54,023 nucleotides of DNA from Malacoraja senta (taxonomy: Eukaryota): positions 209,011,978 to 209,066,000 of the forward strand of contig CM075977.1 of assembly GCA_038087875.1 (NCBI GenBank), read 5' to 3'. Below the pieces are notes generated by a model. That model saw nothing but the letters and a program-made list of their open reading frames with translations. It had not been told where the DNA came from and made no database searches. Shown one piece after another: positions 49,001-54,023 of the stretch (positions are counted from its first letter, which is position 1; each line of letters opens with the position of its first letter). The translations under genes and the position numbers were made by a program.

Positions 49001-49959
49001 ACTAAGCATTTCTCCACCACGACTCTCATCAGGTCCAGGTGTGGACAAGGTTTCTGTGTACATTTCTATCGTTGCTGCTGTTTCCTGTTTTACATCTTTT
49101 TCAAAGGTTCTTGGATATAGTTCTGGCTCCCTTGGTTTGGTAGTTGTTTTATGGGGGGCACCTGGAATTGTAGTAGAAACCGGCTCAAACCCTTCAACAG
49201 AAGCCTCAACCGTTTCTTTATCAATTGTTTCGTGTGAAATGATGTCTTCAGTCCTGGTCACTGTTTCAGTTTTTGGTGAAGTAACGTCTTCTGACGCAGT
49301 TGTAACAATCCCAAAGAGGTGAGGTTTTTCCTCCGTTGATTCTGTGGTGAAAATCTGTTTGGGTGTCTTTTGAGCATCTCTGGATGAAGCAGCATCTTGC
49401 GTGCTGGGTGAGATGACCCAATGTTCTCCAGCAACACTAGAATGGATTCCCATCTGCTCTTCTGTAAACGTGGGTCTTTCAGATGGACTTTTAACACTGG
49501 AAACTGTTTTTGATCTCTCAGTGGAGATTCCTGGTTCCTGACTTTCAGCAGTTCCACTCTCAATCGTTGAGAAGTCCTCCTTGCTTTCGTCATCTTTTTC
49601 TATAACATCCATGTCTGGTATTGCACTTATACTGGGAGATACCCTTTCCACTTGGTCTCCCCTGGCTTCCTCACCACGGGTATAAGGCGGCTCAAATTCT
49701 ATCCGCGTCTTCCCATTAATAAAGCTGAGCGATTGGTGAGCATCCTGCACTGGAGCCGCTGTGGGAACTTGCGGGAAGACAAATTTGGTAAAGTCAGATT
49801 CTCCACTGCCGATGATTCCACCCTCCTCCTCTCTGACATCAAAGTGAATGTGCATAAAGTGAATCTTGGAGCCCGATCGTTGCGTCACACCTTCAGCCGA
49901 TTGATTGAGTGGCAATAAAAGTGGTTCTGTTGGAGTTTTTCCAGCTTCTGGTACAAGCT
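25067..49959 (-). CDS. vcan: Versican giant GAG-beta (chondroitin-sulfate attachment) exon, ~8,297 codons after correcting two +1 frameshifts
   Basis: Acceptor ttttttaatgtatttacag|AG (exon starts 49959) and donor CCAG|gtatga (exon ends 25067), both phase 1. Covered by ORFs 29651-50002 and 25150-29658, which are S/T/E-rich with many SG dipeptides. The N-terminal FINGK...EEARGDQVERVSP resembles versican YINGK...AEARRGQFESVAP, and the C-terminal GEAVHIP resembles GTAIYLP before EGF1. Length 24,893 = 3n+2, matching two single-base insertions. Confidence 0.9.
28400..29319 (-). repeat. Diverged monomers of the coding repeat (3' flank of array)
   Basis: EFEGSGEE (~29240) and VFESSGVE (~28715) anchors with the same downstream motifs. 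Confidence 0.8.
29320..44995 (-). repeat. Coding tandem array of ~15 near-identical 1032-bp units (344 aa)
   Basis: Identical landmarks recur every 1032 bp (shadow ORFs start at 29973, 31005, 32037 ... 44421 = 15 copies). Units differ by scattered substitutions only. Confidence 0.97.
44996..48345 (-). repeat. Older diverged ~170-aa monomers of the same coding repeat (5' flank of array)
   Basis: FESSG/FESSS/IVSSR anchors at about 45225, 45755, 46275, 46790, 47310, 47830 and 48335, each followed by ..PVTSRT..GLLVKVHT..KETRY..SVITEIKT motifs with in-frame indels. Confidence 0.9.
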
Positions 49960-50050
49960 CTGTAAATACATTAAAAAATATATATACATCAGTGACACAC
50001 ATGGGAATCTAGGAAGAGAAACAGGCCCATCAAAATTAATTCTACTTTCA

Positions 50051-50418
50051 AAAATGGACACAAAGTGCTGGAGTAACTCAACATGTCAGGTAGCATTTCT
50101 GGGTCTTAGTAATGATGCCCATAAAACTACAGAATTGCCACAAATACCCATCTAATCCATTAATATTCTTCAAGGATAGGAGCCTGCCATCATTACTCAA
50201 TTTGGCCACGTGTGACTTTGGATCCACCAGTGTGGTTAACTCCTAACTGCCTCCTGTTCTGAGTAGTTAAGCTGTCTGTGTGGAGTTTGTACATCCTCCC
50301 TGTGATCGCATGGGTGTTCTCCGGGTGATCTGGTTTTGCTGAGTTACCTGCTGAGTTACTCCAGCACTTTGTGTCCTTTTTTGTAAACCAGCATTTGCAG
50401 TTCCATGTTTCTACGTTT
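50051..50418. mobile_element. Composite insertion bounded by inverted Penelope pLTR arms
   Basis: 25-bp perfect inverted repeat (50056-50080 / 50352-50376) and 12-bp TSD attctactttca at 50039 and 50419. The interior includes a V-SINE core fragment. Confidence 0.72.
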
Positions 50419-50544
50419 ATTCTACTTTCAGTTTGCTGATGATTGAATTTGTTTTAAACCAATTGCCTATTTTTCATTTCATGTTTTAAAAATAACATCC
50501 TTTTCTTGGATGAGTACATTGCTGTTAATTATGGCTTTTATTGT

Positions 50545-50940
50545 TGTTTGAAAGACACAGCATGTGAAATAGGCACTTCTGCCCACTGAGTCTATCGATC
50601 ACCCATTCTCACTAGTTCTATGTTATCTATCTTTCACATTCTTTCCCTACACATTAGGGGCAGTTTACAGAGGCTAATTAACCATGAAGCCCACACATCT
50701 TTGAGGTATGGGTGGAAACCGGAGCAAACCCACGTGGTCAGAGGGAGAATTAGCAAACTCCACACAGCCAACCTAACCACTCAGAACAGGAAGCAGAACA
50801 CAGCACGGAAACAGGCCCTTCGGCTCAAATTTCCCCCGACAACCAACATAATCCATCTACACTAGTCTCACCTGCCTATGTTTGGCCCATATCCCTCTAA
50901 ACCTATCCTATCCACATACCTGTCTAAATGCTTCTTAAAT
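50545..50940 (-). mobile_element. V-SINE-like fragment followed by a CR1 3' tail fragment
   Basis: gggagaattagcaaactccacacag, then cagcacggaaacaggcccttcggc..ggcccatatccctctaaacct. Confidence 0.65.
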
Positions 50941-52546
50941 TATTAAAAAAATAATTAAGGTATTATAACATTAAAAAAAACATGCTTAAAACTAAACTGT
51001 TAAGAAGCAATTAGACAGGCACATGTGAAGGCAGGACATAGAGGGACATGGATCACCTGCAGGTTAAATGGGATTAATTTAGATCAGCATCATGGTCATT
51101 CAACGCATACACTATTCATCATAATAGCATAACAAACATTTAAAAAAAGATTTGGACAGTTACATGGATCGGATAGGTTTAAAGGGATATGGGCCAAATG
51201 CAGGCAGCTTGGATAAATGTAGATGGGGCACGTTGGTCAGTGTGGGCAAGATGGGCCAAAGGGCTTGTTTCTAAACTCTAAACTCTGACTCTAAATATGG
51301 GGAATATAATTAAAAACAAGTGAACAGCAAATGATTGGAAATTCTGGGAATTTTAGACAAAAATAGAGAATGCTCAAAGCACAAGGTGTTTAGAGGAAAC
51401 GAGCAGAATTGACAGCAAAAAAAAGAAACGAGTCCTTGATTCATAATGTTAAACATTCACAATGTAAAGCACAATGTTAATGATTTGCTATATTTTGACC
51501 ATATGCTACTTCCATAATTTGATTCCAATGACTTTGACAGGGCTTCAATGCACAGTTGGTACTAAATAACATTTTCAGTACTGGAATGAAGGATGAACTT
51601 CTACATCATTTTTTCCCCCTCAAAATTAGAAAATGTATTCATTTCAATTGAACTTTGTTATCAAAAGGCACATTCATGAGCTGATCCCCCCTGTACTTCA
51701 ATTTTTACCATACAATAGCCAGGCAAGCCAGGCTTGTTTGTTCATTTCTCGGAAATACAGCCCGAGGACATTGCTGACCCAGCTAAGCTTTTTCTTTTAG
51801 ATGTCCCAACTTAATGGCCTTGGTACAGCTGTGACAAAAATTAGGTAGTATCATCGACATCAGATCACTCAGATAAAGAAGCACCTCCAAGTGAAATTGT
51901 AGTTCTCAACTCGTAGCTACTAATTAACATGTACTGCCATGCTGTGTAAAGGTAATAACTGCAAATTGTCTTTAACTATTTGTTGAAGCCCATAATAGTA
52001 CTGGAACTTGTACTGAAACTTTTGGGTTGCTTGGGCAAATGCTTTATAATACCTCCTCTCATTGCCAATAAGTAAACTGCACAGAATAACTATGTTACTG
52101 GCAGAAGCCAATGTTGTCTCGTGGCTACAGTAATTGCAGTGTTTGGCATGATCCTTCTCAAGTGGGATGTTAATCACTTAGTGAATCACCATCATTGTCA
52201 AACAATTAAGTCATTGGGCAGAACACACCAGTGTTGGGTGGGTCAGGCAGCATCTGTGGAGGGAATACACAGAAGGCTGGGACCCTTCTGCAATTTTCCT
52301 TGCATGACCCAAGAATACATAATCACTTCGACAGGAAATATTTACTGCAAATGTACCAGGAATCCTAGCTTTTGCATTTCTCTCCCCTTACTGTTTCAAG
52401 CAGTTATTCCTATTATCAGGTCCATTACAAACTAAAACAGTGCTTCATAGAACATAGAACATAGTGCAGCACAAGAACAGGCCCTTTAGCCCACAATGTC
52501 AGTACCAAACATGATGCCAAGACCATCTCTTATCAACCTGCACATA

Positions 52547-52866
52547 GGGGCAGCTCGGTGGCACAGTAGTAGAGTTGCTGCCTTATAGCACATGCAGTGC
52601 CAGAGACCCAGGTTCGATCCCAACGACGGGTGCTGTCTGTACAGGGTTTGTATGTTCTCCCCATGACCGCGTGGGTTTTCTCCGAAATCTTCGGTTTCTC
52701 CCCGCACTCTAAAGACGTACAGGTTTGTAGGCTAATTGACTTGGTATACGTGTAAATTGTCCCTAGTGTGTGCAGGATGGTACTAATGTGCTGGGATCGC
52801 TGGTCGGTGCAGACTTGGTGGGACGAAGGACCTGTTTCCGCGCTGTATCTCTAAACTAAACTAAAA
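52547..52866 (+). mobile_element. tRNA-derived SINE (HE1/V-SINE-like) nested in a CR1 3' fragment (52446-52930)
   Basis: A/B boxes (ggttcgatcc), V-core and (ctaaa)n tail. Confidence 0.85.
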
Positions 52867-53711
52867 AATCCACATCCCCCATTCCCTGCGTGTCCATATG
52901 CCTATCCAAAATTATTTTAAATGCCACTATCTGATAAATGTGGAAACAACATTTCACAATTAGAATCAAGTCATTGTTCCTCACAGTTCCACCACACTAT
53001 ATTAATCTGCGATGAAAAATAATTGCTCTGGAACAATTATAATGTAATTGCTCTGGTGTTTCTTCACCCATAGATGCAATTCAACATTTTAAAAGATTAA
53101 TGCCATGCAGCACCATTCAATTTTGTATCATGACACGGCAAGAGCCCACAGAATGTGACATGGAGATTTATTAAACATAACAAAAAGCTACAGAGGAAAG
53201 CTTAACACTGCAGACATACTGCATGTTCTCTGGCCTTCTGGTACTACAGCATCACAATGGAGATACATTTCAACTCAAATTTCCTTCTAGATAAGGCAAT
53301 TTCTAACTTCATCGCATGTATTTAATTTCCCTAAAATGGAGTCTGAGTGACTTCAAGCTGGGTTCCTTCAACTTTACATGGTTGCTAAGTATTAAAAGTT
53401 GTGTTATGGTTTGCACAATCCTTTCCAATAATAAATTTGTTTATATTAAGTTCACATGTTTTCATATTGTAATACTTCAGCAGGTCCCATGACATTTATA
53501 AACACTTATACTGATCTTAAAGTTAATAACTTTTTGCTGACATGACATGTGAAGAATTTACAGGTTTGGGGCTAATTATTGTTTCAATCGGAATAGCAGA
53601 TTTAGTAATGGATCTGACTGATGTACATGGGTATGCTTGGGGAACATGGATTTACGGTGGGGAGTCAAATGTTATCTGAAAGATGTTGATCTTCGAGGAG
53701 GGGTGAATTGT

Positions 53712-53972
53712 TTTTAGAGATTTAGTGACACAGCACAGAAACAGGTCCTTCGGCCTACCGGGTCCATGCTGACCAGCGATCCCCGCACACTAAGGCTATC
53801 CCACACACACTAGGGATGATTTACAATGATACCAATCTAATTAACCTACAAACCTGTACGTTTTTGGAATGTGGGTGGAAATAGGAGCTCCGTACAGACA
53901 TGCACCTGTAGTCAGGATCGAACCCGGGTCACTGACACTGTAAGGCAGCAACTCTACCACTGTGCCGCCCTG
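53712..53972 (-). mobile_element. tRNA-derived SINE (HE1/V-SINE-like)
   Basis: ggatcgaacccgggtc..ctgtaaggcagcaactctaccactgtgccgcc is the reverse of the SINE head. Confidence 0.8.
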
Positions 53973-54023
53973 TTCGACTGTTGTGAAGGGAGGGGTTGCG
54001 GATTGTCTTGTATAATAATAGAA

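Noticed and set aside
4210-49959. Aggrecan, neurocan or brevican instead of versican
   Set aside because: The EGF2 and lectin sequences and the INGK..E|AR motif match versican best. A phylogeny of the G3 exons would be the formal test.
49960-50002. ATG start of the 6783-aa ORF (MCVTDVYIFFNVFT)
   Set aside because: It lies in the intron's polypyrimidine/acceptor region. There is no signal peptide, and the true start of versican lies in upstream exons.
25150-50002. Two separate giant mucin-like genes
   Set aside because: The break is a 1-bp insertion inside a repeat copy. Both ORFs are one exon that splices in phase to the versican G3 exons.

Overview
Eukaryotic genomic DNA, inferred from its repeat families (HE1/V-SINE-like, Deu-SINE-like, CR1, Rex-Babar, Penelope-like) to be a cartilaginous fish, probably a skate or ray. 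The whole window lies inside a versican (vcan) gene on the minus strand. Four coding exons are visible: a giant GAG-beta exon (49959-25067, 24,893 bp), EGF1 (22301-22185), EGF2 (18953-18840) and the first C-type lectin exon (4368-4210). The G1/GAG-alpha exons should lie beyond the right edge and the remaining lectin/sushi/tail exons beyond the left edge. The giant exon is inflated by about 15 near-identical 1032-bp (344-aa) tandem repeats. Each repeat is a dimer of older 510/522-bp monomers, and part of the array has a 2064-bp higher-order periodicity. The exon keeps a versikine-type ADAMTS site (EE|ARGDQ) and carries two +1 frameshifts, probably assembly errors. The introns hold many retroelement fragments, notably short Penelope-derived insertions with target-site duplications, inverted terminal arms and minimal hammerhead-ribozyme cores, plus a 5'-inverted Rex-Babar-type LINE. 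Repeat family names come from motif recognition, not database searches, and repeat boundaries are approximate.
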